Below are positions 1 through 9,787 of a stretch of DNA of 43,125 nucleotides, piece after piece; the stretch's first letter is position 1; each line of letters opens with the position of its first letter. A program made the translations under genes and the position numbers. The stretch is from a bacterium. GTDB lineage: Bacteria > Cyanobacteriota > Vampirovibrionia > Gastranaerophilales > JBAXKC01. The notes below the pieces were generated by a model. It was not told where the DNA came from and did no database searches. It worked only from the letters and a program-made list of their open reading frames with translations. The stretch is taken from contig JBAXKC010000024.1 in the NCBI GenBank assembly GCA_037137535.1, positions 1-43,125 on the forward strand, given 5' to 3'.

Positions 1-270
1 AGAAACTCGTGGAGTACTAAGTTCTAATCGTTAGGAAAAACGGGGGCAGGTCATTGTTGATAAAAATGATTATTGAATTCATAATATTAGTAGACCTCTA
101 TTTTGAGTTTTTAACACGCTCTAATAGAGGTCTAGCCTATTTTTACATTTATTTTAAATTTTCAGTATCAGTCATTAAGCACTTGAAATGAGATTTACAT
201 ATAAATGTTGCATTTGATGCTTAGACGAATTGCTGCATAAATTTAACTTTTCTGACAGCTTCTTTATTTT

Positions 271-744
271 TTAACAAGCTATTATTTTACCTACTGCTTT
301 AACAACAATTGCTATTTTCTTATTATTGAATAAATAATTACAGATTGTTTCATTCTTTAGAGAAAAACCTAAAAATGGCTTACCAGTGACATATCCTTGA
401 AATTATTTTAAGCCTGATAAAACTTTTAATATTTTATTTTTGTCTTTTTGAGTTTCTGTATATAAAGATAAGGCATAATCATCCTTAACCTTTGTAATTC
501 CAACTCCATTTAAGTTGAATTTTTCATATAATTCACTAGATGTTGACTCTGCCCCTTGCATTAATATAGAAGGTATAGCCTTTTTAAACTCTCTAACGTC
601 CTTAATTTCTATATTGTTTTCACCCTTAAAATTAACTTTATCAACATTAAGGATATTATTTCTATTTAAAGATGATTTAACTATGTTATTAGACTTTATT
701 TCATTATAGTGATTAAAACTTGAAGCTTTTTGTATATTTAACAT
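271..744 (-). pseudogene. Leader-bearing hypothetical protein, probably interrupted by an in-frame TAA (ORF 403..744, frame open to 271)
   Basis: 113-aa ORF with Asn/Ser-rich leader and VNFKG; after the TAA at 403-405 the frame runs 43 more sense codons (FQGYVTGK...VVKAVGKIIAC) to TAA 271-273. Confidence 0.5.
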
Positions 745-2147
745 TATATTTACCTTTACATAATAGAATCCGCTGGTTGCGGAGCTTGTATAACAATTAT
801 TTAATCCTCAATCTATAGAAGAAGTTTATGAGAAGATGGTTAAGGTTTGGGGCTAAGTTTTTTTTTCATTGATAAATGCTCTTTTGAAAGTGTTTTAGCT
901 TTGTCTGCCGAAGTATTTGTTTTTGATGATTTATTTAGAATATAGAATAATCCACCAATTATTCCGACTATCCCTATAAAAATAGCGGCTGGTTTTGTGT
1001 TATTAAATGATTTAGTATTAATTGAATCAGAGGTTTTCTCTTCTATTACAGGCTTAACTTCTTGTTTTAATATATCTAGTAAGTCAGCAATATCAGTAAT
1101 TTTTACTATGGTTTTATCCGTATCATTCCTCATTATTTGTTTAATTAATTTTTTAAAACTTTTGCAGGTGGCTATACAATTTGAGAAATATTCTGTTTTA
1201 TCTTTATCATTTATTATTGATTTCTTTAAAAATTGCAACCTCTTGATTGTAGAAACATAATTGTCTCTTAAATCAGCAACATTAACATTTTGTTCGTTAT
1301 GAATTAATTTTCTTAATTTGATTTTTAAAAGTTCAGCTTCAAGGACATCATCAGTTGGATTTGATAATACTTTAGCTGATATTTCTTCATGTTTTAGTGC
1401 TTTATTTATAATTTTTTCAACTGAAACTTTTATTCGATTCAAGTCTTTAGGCGTTTTTTCAGGTACACGTTTAGAATCGCCAGCATGCTCTCTTTCATTA
1501 TAAAGGAAACCCCAAAACTCTGATGAATTCATATTGTTTTTTTTAAAATAAAAGTCTTTATTTTGTATATCTATGCTAATTTCATCTAAAGATGTCTTTT
1601 TAAGTTCTCTATAGAAATCAGCTTGTTTTAAATGATGCTCCAAAGATTTTTGCTGTAAATATTCTTTAAAAAGATTTTTTGCCGAAGTTTTATTAGTTTT
1701 TTGAGATAAATCTATAAGATAATCATATAAAGTACGATGCTCAAAGTTTGCTACATTAGAATTATTATAAGCAATGGGATTATCACCTCTGTTATAATTA
1801 AAAAACTTAGCAAATCTATGCACTTTCGTAAAGTTTGACGTTGGTTTTTCTTGTTCAAGATATTCAAAATCAATTAAATTAACTTCATTATCTTTTGTTA
1901 GAAAGTTGCCATCTTGAAGATCATAATGAATCAAGCCTTTACGATCAAGTTCAAAGCATCTTTTTAGCATTTTATTTAATTGATTAACATTTAATGGATT
2001 AGAACTTATATTTGAATGTTTTCCAGGTGCTAATGTAGAAATCAAATATTCTTTGCCATCAAGATTAAATCTGCTAACTAATTTCTGGCTATTTCCAAGA
2101 TCAATATTTTCTATCATCATAAGTTTCTTGGCTTCTTCTCCAAATCC

Positions 2148-3346
2148 CAGGGCTGTTCAATTTAAAAAGTAAAAATGTGTCAAAATTCTACTGAGGAAAA
2201 AAACAACTCGGAGAAATTAAATGTTGCTAGATTTTTTAAATCAAATACCTGATGCTAGAAGAAATCAAGCCAAGCAGTATGAACTTAGATTTATCATTTT
2301 CTTTTCAATACTCGCTATTTTAAGTGGTGCCGCTTCTTATCGAGAAATAGAAAGCTTTTTTGAGATTCATTTTGGAAAATTAAAGAGTAGATTTAAGTTA
2401 AAATGGAAGAAAAGACCTGCATATACAACAATAAGAAATATCTTGCAGGGAATTAATAAAAATGAGCTTGAAAAACATTTAGAAATTACACAAAAAAGAT
2501 TAAAAGTATTGAAACTTCTTTAAATACAAGGGTTATTGCAATAGATGGAAAGATGTTAAGACATAGTTTTGATAATTTCCAAGATAAAAAAGCTTTAAAT
2601 ATACTTTATGCCTTTACTTGCGAAAGCAAACTGGTAATTGCACATATGGACGTCTGTCAAAAAACAAGTGAAATACATGCTGCAACAGAATTAATAATGG
2701 AATTAGCTTTAAATAATTGTATATTTACCCTCGATGCTATGCATTGTCAGATAGAAACTCTTAAAGCAATAAAAAAAACGGAAATGATGCTGTAATACAG
2801 ATAAAAAATAATCAGAAAAACTCTTTTAATCAATTAAAAGAAACAATAGAAAAATCTAAAGCCATATCGGTTCATAAGGATAAGCAAGAGAGAAAAAGAA
2901 ATCGTATTGAATACAGAAATACTGAAGTATTTTTAACTCCTACATCAGTGATGAAAGAAGATAATCTGTTTGAGTATGTCAGATGTTTCGTTAAAGTTAA
3001 TCGTAAAACAGAGATTCTTGATACAAAAGAAAAAACATGGAAAACAAGGCAAGAAGATTCTTATTACGTTTCAACAGTAGCTTATGAAGCAAGTACAATG
3101 GCTAAAATAATTAGAGGTCATTGGAGTATAGAAAATTCAAATAATTATGTAAGAGATGTAGTTTTAAAAGAAGATTATTCAAGTATAAGAATAAATCCTG
3201 GAATAATAAGTCGATTACGTAGCTTTGCTTTGAACATTTTAAGAGCAAATAAAGTAGCTAATATTAAAAGCACTATTTTCAAAAACTCAATGGATTTTAA
3301 TCGACTAATGAGCTTGAAATGGATTTAATAGAATTGAACAGCCCTG
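2148..3346 (+). mobile_element. ISAs1-family insertion sequence, 1199 bp
   Basis: Perfect 15-bp IRs CAGGGCTGTTCAATT (2148-2162, 3332-3346); 10-bp direct repeat CTCCAAATCC (2138-2147, 3347-3356); ISAs1-type transposase inside. Confidence 0.95.
2221..3328 (+). pseudogene. ISAs1-family transposase with two frameshifts
   Basis: Motifs IPDARR, IAIDGK, TLDAMHCQ, RGHWSIEN, RDVVLKED spread over three frames; one added A in each of A5 (2471-2475) and A8 (2771-2778) gives one 369-aa ORF. Confidence 0.9.
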
Positions 3347-3804
3347 CTCCAAATCCGCTTAAGTGATTAATTTTGTCTTTTTTTTCTATTTTTATAACAA
3401 CAGGTTTTAATTCGTTATTAATTGTTATTTCTGACATGTAACAAATTCCATTACAGCCGTGCCCGATTTCTTTCAGTTCTTTATTTTCAATTTTATTTGC
3501 CAGTTGTCTTGCCTGCTTTTCATCAATATGCTTGCCATCACTAACAATAAATTGGGATTGTTTTTGGAAATGATCAGGAATACTATTAGCTTTGAAGGAT
3601 AACTTCTTTATCTGCTTATCTTGTAGTTTATTAGATGATATAGATGTATTTATAATTTTAGTGTTAGCAATTGATAGCACTTTGAAATCCTATTGTGAAA
3701 TACAAAACCATTATGTTTATACAATTAAAGGTAAATAAAATAAACATATTTTTTTAAATTGTAACTGAAAATAAAGGTATTATCTTATTTAATTGTAAAT
3801 AACA

Positions 3805-3839
3805 AAAAGCTAAAGTCTGAAAACTGGCTTTAGCTTTTT
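3805..3839. terminator. Intrinsic terminator downstream of tRNA-Pro
   Basis: AAAAAGCTAAAGTC...GGCTTTAGCTTTTT hairpin with A/T tails. Confidence 0.7.
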
Positions 3840-3849
3840 ATTTAAAGAA

Positions 3850-3923
3850 TCGGAACGACAGGATTTGAACCTGCGGCCCCTACCACCCCAAGGTAGTGCG
3901 CTACCAAGCTGCGCTACGTCCCG
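3850..3923 (-). tRNA. tRNA-Pro(GGG), CCA not encoded
   Basis: CGGGACGTAGCGCAGCTTGGTAGCGC...CTACC-TTGGGGT-GGTAG...GGTTCAAATCC...GTTCCGA cloverleaf. Confidence 0.97.
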
Positions 3924-4018
3924 ATAATAAAAATAGATTATTATAAATAATCTATTTTTGCAATATGATAAAGTAGAAACTTGACCTTGTTATTATTGCT
4001 TTTAATAGGATCGAATTA

Positions 4019-5203
4019 ATGGAAAATCTTAAATACTGGGTAGCATTTTCTAAAATCACATATACTCATTCAAATTTTGTTAAAAAATTATGGGAGAATT
4101 TTGGATGTATAAAACAGGCATGGAATGCTCCTACTTCTGAATTGGTATCAATTGCAGGAATGAGGTCAAAGACAATAGAAGGTTTTCTTGAAAAAAGAAA
4201 AAATATTGATCCTGATAGGCTTTTAGATAAAGTTTTAGATGATGATGTCAAAGTTATTACATTAGAAGATAAAAATTATCCTTTCCTTTTAAAGCAAATT
4301 GATAATATGCCCTTCATTTTATATATGAAAGGTAGTCTTGAGTTTTGTAATCTTGAAAAAACTCTTGCGGTGGTTGGAAGTAGAAAATGCAGCAATGAAA
4401 TATCTTCTGTTCTCGGAGGGCTGATTGCTCAGCTTCAAGGTACAGATATAACAATTGTAAGCGGATTAGCATTAGGTGTAGATTCCATTGCTCACCAACA
4501 GGCTCTGAAGAATAACCTTAAAACAATTGCTGTTCTCGGCTCGGGGTTTGATGAGTTATATCCTAAACAAAACAAAAAACTTTTTGAAGACATAATCAAA
4601 GCTAACGGTGCTGTATTAAGTGAATATTACCCTGATACAAGACCAGATAAAAAAACTTTCCCTTTGCGTAACAGAATTGTAAGTGGTCTTTCAAAAGGCT
4701 GTCTTGTTGCCGAAGCGGGTGATCGAAGCGGTGCATTGATAACAGCACGTCTTGCTTTAGAGCATAACAGAGAACTTATGTGTATTCCGGGTGCTTTATA
4801 TAATCCTAATACTTATGGAACGCATAAATTACTTAAAGAGGGTGCAGGTCTTGTTACTTGTGCAACTGATATACTCGATTATCTCAGTTTAGAAAGCAAG
4901 ATGGTAATTAGAAATCAACTGCAAATATCTTTTTCTCCGTCAATAGAAACCAAAACTTTTTCAAACACTCCTAAACCAAAGGATAATAAGGAAAAAGAAC
5001 AACCTGTTGAAAATAAAAACATAGAACTTCTTGACAATGAGAGGAAAGTATACGAAATTATTAAATTAGAACCTAAGCAATTTGATGAAATAATTAAAGA
5101 ATCAAATTTTTCAGCAGGTGAGCTTATGTGCCTTTTGACAACAATGGAATTAAAAGGCATAATAAATCAGTTACCCGGTCAAAAGTTCGTAAGTGCAATA
5201 TAG
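4019..5203 (+). CDS. dprA: DNA-processing protein DprA
   Basis: AVVGSR, IVSGLALGVD, FPLRNRIVSGLS, EAGDRSGALITA, C-terminal winged helix; adjacent to topA. Confidence 0.96.
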   Translation: MENLKYWVAFSKITYTHSNFVKKLWENFGCIKQAWNAPTSELVSIAGMRSKTIEGFLEKRKNIDPDRLLDKVLDDDVKVITLEDKNYPFLLKQIDNMPFILYMKGSLEFCNLEKTLAVVGSRKCSNEISSVLGGLIAQLQGTDITIVSGLALGVDSIAHQQALKNNLKTIAVLGSGFDELYPKQNKKLFEDIIKANGAVLSEYYPDTRPDKKTFPLRNRIVSGLSKGCLVAEAGDRSGALITARLALEHNRELMCIPGALYNPNTYGTHKLLKEGAGLVTCATDILDYLSLESKMVIRNQLQISFSPSIETKTFSNTPKPKDNKEKEQPVENKNIELLDNERKVYEIIKLEPKQFDEIIKESNFSAGELMCLLTTMELKGIINQLPGQKFVSAI

Positions 5204-5221
5204 ATTTGGATTAAGTTCGAA

Positions 5222-7687
5222 ATGGCTAAATCATCAGAAGAAAAAATAGAAGATAACGAGAAAAAAGTTAAGGCTAAAGCCGTAACCAAAACTAAAGCTG
5301 CTGCAAAACCAAAAGCTAAAGCGGTAACTAAGGCTGAACCAAAAACTAAAGCAACTTCTAAATCAAAAACTAAAGTGGCTGAAGTTGCAGAAATTAAAAC
5401 GGTTGAAGAAACAAAAAAGAAGCCTGCTGCAAAAAGTAAAGCTAAAATGCCTTCAAAAGATCAAAAATGTTTAGTAATAGTTGAGTCTCCTGCAAAGGCA
5501 AAAACTATTAAAAAAATTCTTGGCGAAAACTTTCAGATTAAAGCATCGGTCGGTCATATTAGGGATTTACCCGCAAAAGGCATAGGGGTAAATATAAAAA
5601 ATAATTTTGAGCCTGTTTATGAAGTTATGGCTGATAAGAAAAAGATTGCCGATGAATTAAACGCACTTGCAAAAGACTCTGATTTAATCTATCTGGCACC
5701 CGATCCTGACCGTGAGGGAGAAGCTATAGCATGGCATATCGCATCAATTTTAGATGTGCCTAGTGAGTCTATGCAAAGAATTGAGTTTAATGAAATTACA
5801 AAAACAGCTATCCTTGAAGCTATTAAAAAGCCTAGAGATATTGATATAAACAGAGTTAATGCTCAACAGGCAAGAAGAGTTCTTGACAGATTAGTCGGAT
5901 ATAAAATCAGTCCGCTTTTATGGCAAAAAGTAGGAAAAGGTTTATCGGCCGGTCGTGTTCAGAGTGTTGCGGTCAGACTTATTTGTGAAAGAGAAGCTGA
6001 AATAGATGCTTTTATTACAGAAGAGTACTGGACTATTCATGCGGATTTTGCAAAAGCAAAATCTCAAAACTCTTTTAGAGGCGAATTAACAAAATATAAA
6101 AATGAAAAAATTGAAGTTACAGGAGTAGAGCAGGCTGATAAAATTGTAAATACTCTTACACAAGAGGGTGTTGATTTTAAAATTGCTAAGGTATCAACAA
6201 GAGATACTCAAAGAAAACCTCAACCTCCTTTTATAACCAGTTCTTTACAGAGAGAAGCAAGCAACAAGCTTGGATATGCCGTTAAAAAGACTATGCAGGT
6301 TGCTCAAAAACTCTATGAAGGTATTGACATAGCTAATGGCGAAATTGTCGGTCTTATTACCTATATGAGAACTGATAGCACCCGTATTTCTGCGGAAGCT
6401 CAAGATGCTGCAAAAGCCTATATCATTAATCACTACGGTAAAAATTATTATCCGTCCACACCAAGGGTATATGCTAAAAAAGGTAAGAATACACAGGATG
6501 CACACGAAGCAATTCGTCCTACTTATGTGGAAAAATCTCCTGAATCAGTAAAAAAATACTTAACTTCTGAGCAATACAGGCTCTATAAGTTAATTTGGGA
6601 TAGATTTGTAGCCAGTCAGATGGAAAGTGCAACCGTAAAAACAGTAGCAGCTGAAATCACAGCTGAAGACTATACTTTCAGAGCAAGCAGCAGCAAAATT
6701 ACTTTTGACGGATTCCTTATCGTATATGACGATAGAGAAGAAGAAGAAAAAACCTCCCCTATTCCAGATTTAGAAAAGGGTGATACGGTTAAACTAAAAG
6801 CTATAGATCCAAAACAACATTTTACACAACCACCGCCAAGATACTCAGAAGCAAGTCTTGTAAAGGCTCTTGAGGAACTTGGAATTGGAAGACCGAGTAC
6901 CTATGCACCAACAATCGGTACTATTCAAGATAGAGGCTATGTAATTAAAGCTGAAAAGTCTTTAGCGCCTACCCAGCTTGGTAAAACCGTTAATGATGTA
7001 ATGGTTAAGCACTTTACGGACATTGTTGATGTTCATTTTACAGCAGGAATGGAAACAAAGCTCGATGATATCGCTGAAAACGGAACACAATGGCAAAATG
7101 TAATTGGTGAATTTTATCAACCTTTCAATGAAACGCTTAAAAAAGCTAAAACTGAAATGGAAAAAGTAGAAATTTTAACCGAGCATGTCTGTACCGAGTG
7201 CGGAAAGCAAATGGCGTTAAAAACAAGCCGATTTGGAAAACAATTCTTAGGTTGTTCAGGTTATCCCGACTGTAAGTCCATAATGCCGCTAACAAAAGAT
7301 AATAAGCCTGTTCCTGAGGACAGACCTGCTGAAGAAAACTGCGATAAATGCGGTTCTTCAATGGTTATCAAATATGGACCATACGGTGATTATTTATCAT
7401 GTACAAACGAAGAGTGTAAAACTAAAAAGAGCTTTACTCAAAAAACAGGCGTAACTTGTCCTGCTCAAGACTGTAAAGGTGAACTTGTACAAAGAAAATC
7501 ACGATACGGCAAAGTATTTTATGGCTGTAATCAATATCCGACTTGTACTTTTGCCCTTTGGAACGAACCTGCTGGAGAAAATTGCCCAGAATGTTCACAA
7601 CCGCTTGTTAAAAAGTTCTTGAAAAAAGGAAATAAAATAGCTTGCTCTAATAAAGAGTGTAAATACGAGCGTCCTTTGGAGGGATAG
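5222..7687 (+). CDS. topA: DNA topoisomerase I with Lys/Ala-rich N-terminal extension
   Basis: LVIVESPAKAKTI, DPDREGEAIAWH, SAGRVQS, ITYMRTDS, four C-terminal Cys4 zinc ribbons. Confidence 0.98.
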   Translation: MAKSSEEKIEDNEKKVKAKAVTKTKAAAKPKAKAVTKAEPKTKATSKSKTKVAEVAEIKTVEETKKKPAAKSKAKMPSKDQKCLVIVESPAKAKTIKKILGENFQIKASVGHIRDLPAKGIGVNIKNNFEPVYEVMADKKKIADELNALAKDSDLIYLAPDPDREGEAIAWHIASILDVPSESMQRIEFNEITKTAILEAIKKPRDIDINRVNAQQARRVLDRLVGYKISPLLWQKVGKGLSAGRVQSVAVRLICEREAEIDAFITEEYWTIHADFAKAKSQNSFRGELTKYKNEKIEVTGVEQADKIVNTLTQEGVDFKIAKVSTRDTQRKPQPPFITSSLQREASNKLGYAVKKTMQVAQKLYEGIDIANGEIVGLITYMRTDSTRISAEAQDAAKAYIINHYGKNYYPSTPRVYAKKGKNTQDAHEAIRPTYVEKSPESVKKYLTSEQYRLYKLIWDRFVASQMESATVKTVAAEITAEDYTFRASSSKITFDGFLIVYDDREEEEKTSPIPDLEKGDTVKLKAIDPKQHFTQPPPRYSEASLVKALEELGIGRPSTYAPTIGTIQDRGYVIKAEKSLAPTQLGKTVNDVMVKHFTDIVDVHFTAGMETKLDDIAENGTQWQNVIGEFYQPFNETLKKAKTEMEKVEILTEHVCTECGKQMALKTSRFGKQFLGCSGYPDCKSIMPLTKDNKPVPEDRPAEENCDKCGSSMVIKYGPYGDYLSCTNEECKTKKSFTQKTGVTCPAQDCKGELVQRKSRYGKVFYGCNQYPTCTFALWNEPAGENCPECSQPLVKKFLKKGNKIACSNKECKYERPLEG

Positions 7688-7695
7688 AAAATTTA

Positions 7696-8541
7696 ATGTT
7701 GAAACTTGGAATTATAGGTTACCCTTTATCTCACTCACTTTCACCGATTATGCATATGAGCGCATTAAAAGAGTTGGGAATAAAAGGCAACTATGAAATC
7801 CTTGAAACACCTCCTGAAAATTTACTTGAAAGAGTAAAAGAACTTAAAACGTCTGGTTATAATGGTTTTAACGTAACAATACCGCTAAAAGTCTATATAA
7901 CACCTTTATTAGTAAGCGTTGATGATGCGGCTAATGTTGTTGGTGCGGTTAATACGGTTTATATTGATGAGCGCAAGGACATGCATGGTTATAATACTGA
8001 TGTTTATGGCTTTGTTCATGGCATTCCTGAAGAGCTGAGATCATCCTTGAAGAATAAAAAAGCGGCAGTAATCGGAGCAGGCGGTGCAGCAAGAGCTGTT
8101 GTCGCAGGTCTTGCAGGCTTAGGCATGGATTCAATTGATATTTACGCTAGAGATGAAAAAAAAGCATTAAAAATAAAAGAAGTTTTAACCGATAATTTTA
8201 AAGAAATAAAAGTTAAAATTCTTAGTTACAATGAAAATTGTGACCTCAGTCAAAGTTCAATAGTTGTTAACACTACTCCTATCGGTATGTTTGGAGAATA
8301 TGAAAATTTATCTCCCATAAGCAATATGGCGATTGATTCTATACCCTCGCATGGATTAGTTTATGATTTAATATACAGACCTAGAGAAACTAAACTCTTA
8401 AAACAGGCAAATAAAAGAGGTTTAGCGACTGTTGACGGATCAGAAATGTTAGTATTGCAAGGAGCTAAAGCGTTAACCATATGGACAGGAAAAAAAGCAC
8501 CGATAGAGATAATGAGAACAACTCTTTTGAAGAATTTATAA
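7696..8541 (+). CDS. aroE: Shikimate dehydrogenase
   Basis: HSLSPIMH, GFNVTIPLK, GAVNT, GYNTD, GAGGAARA. Confidence 0.97.
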   Translation: MLKLGIIGYPLSHSLSPIMHMSALKELGIKGNYEILETPPENLLERVKELKTSGYNGFNVTIPLKVYITPLLVSVDDAANVVGAVNTVYIDERKDMHGYNTDVYGFVHGIPEELRSSLKNKKAAVIGAGGAARAVVAGLAGLGMDSIDIYARDEKKALKIKEVLTDNFKEIKVKILSYNENCDLSQSSIVVNTTPIGMFGEYENLSPISNMAIDSIPSHGLVYDLIYRPRETKLLKQANKRGLATVDGSEMLVLQGAKALTIWTGKKAPIEIMRTTLLKNL

Positions 8542-9710
8542 AAGGTAGTGACGTAAGAGAAAAAGCTGATTTAAAAGCAGTCGGCGTTTTGTCTTTCGGG
8601 CATTTATTCAGCGATGTTTATGGCGGATTTATAAATCCAATCATGCCTTTAATTGCCCTTAAACTTAGTATCCCATTGGGGTTTGTCGGTCTTATGTATA
8701 CTATTTCAAGTTTATCGGCTTCTTTAATGCAACCGTTTTTTGGTTATTTATCGGATATGTTAACAAAAAGATTTTTCGTCTTTTGGGGGATTATTCTTTC
8801 AGCAGTATTCATGAGTTTGACAGGATACGTTACTCACATGTGGATGTTGGGCTTGGTTTTGTTTTTTGGCAGTATGGGTGTAGGTTTTTATCATCCGCAG
8901 GCTACTGCGCTTGTAGGTAGCTTTAGCGGAAAAGAAATAAATAATTACATGGGTGTTTTTACCGCTTGCGGAACTGTCGGTTATGCATTCGGACCATTAA
9001 TATCAGCTTCTTTGGTTGGGGCTTTTGGCTTAAAATCAACGATTGCGGCTCTTTTCCCCGGAATTATAATTGCTTTACTTATTTATAAATTCTTGCCTAA
9101 AATTCCTGTTTATTCAAACTATCCGAGCTTAAAAGATGTTTTTAAAACTATATCGAACTTAAAAGGAATTATTCTAAATCTTTCTTTTATTGCAATAGTC
9201 AGAGCACTCGCAATAATGTCATTTACTGTTTATATGCCGTTTTTGTGGAAAGCACATGATTATTCAATTGTAAAAATCGGTTTAATTATAAGTTTATTTT
9301 CTTTATTCGGCGGTTTTTCATCATATTGGGGCGGTGTTCTTGCTAATAAAATAGGAAGAAAAGCCGTTTTAGCATTATCTTTATTACCTGCCGTTCCTGC
9401 TTTATACGGTTCGTTATTTTTCCTTAAGACAATGCCTGTATTATCCTTTGCATTATTTGTAGTTTCAGGATTTTTTATGATGTCCTCAACTTCTGTAAAT
9501 ATTGTTATAGTCCAAACAGCTGCTCCAAAGAATATGGGGATGGTTTCAGGAATTATTGGCGGATTTTGCTGGGGAATTGTTGGCTTGTTGCTAACTCCGA
9601 TAGGTTTTTTATGTTCAAAATATGGAATTTCTCATGTATTGTCAATAATTGCTTTTATGCCAATATTAGGAGCAATTAGCTCTATGTTTATATCAAAAAA
9701 ATATGCTTAA
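8481..9710 (+). CDS. MFS transporter, Fsr-like (start uncertain)
   Basis: About 12 hydrophobic segments; GHLFSD, QPFFGYLSD, FYHPQA. Confidence 0.88.
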   Translation: MDRKKSTDRDNENNSFEEFIKGSDVREKADLKAVGVLSFGHLFSDVYGGFINPIMPLIALKLSIPLGFVGLMYTISSLSASLMQPFFGYLSDMLTKRFFVFWGIILSAVFMSLTGYVTHMWMLGLVLFFGSMGVGFYHPQATALVGSFSGKEINNYMGVFTACGTVGYAFGPLISASLVGAFGLKSTIAALFPGIIIALLIYKFLPKIPVYSNYPSLKDVFKTISNLKGIILNLSFIAIVRALAIMSFTVYMPFLWKAHDYSIVKIGLIISLFSLFGGFSSYWGGVLANKIGRKAVLALSLLPAVPALYGSLFFLKTMPVLSFALFVVSGFFMMSSTSVNIVIVQTAAPKNMGMVSGIIGGFCWGIVGLLLTPIGFLCSKYGISHVLSIIAFMPILGAISSMFISKKYA

Positions 9711-9787
9711 TCTTTATTATAATCATGGCAATTTTTATTGAGTTTCACTTTTTATTAATATATTAATACTTAATATGAGAGAACTTA

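Larger units (their letters stand above)
840..3680 (-). pseudogene. Membrane-anchored Ser/Thr protein kinase interrupted by an IS (543 aa when restored)
   Basis: 3680..3347 encodes GHGCNG and VVIK; 2137..840 encodes EEAKKL, HYDLQDGN, LIDFE and a C-terminal TM helix; removing the IS plus one TSD joins them in frame. Confidence 0.88.

Noticed and set aside
3297-3346. C-terminus AGLFNSIKSISSSLVD of the 127-aa ORF
   Set aside because: Read-through into the IS end, not native protein
3850-3923. tRNA-Pro as an integration site for an island
   Set aside because: No integrase and no duplicated tRNA 3' end seen in the window
8481-8541. 61-bp aroE/MFS overlap
   Set aside because: Start-site ambiguity; both proteins look complete
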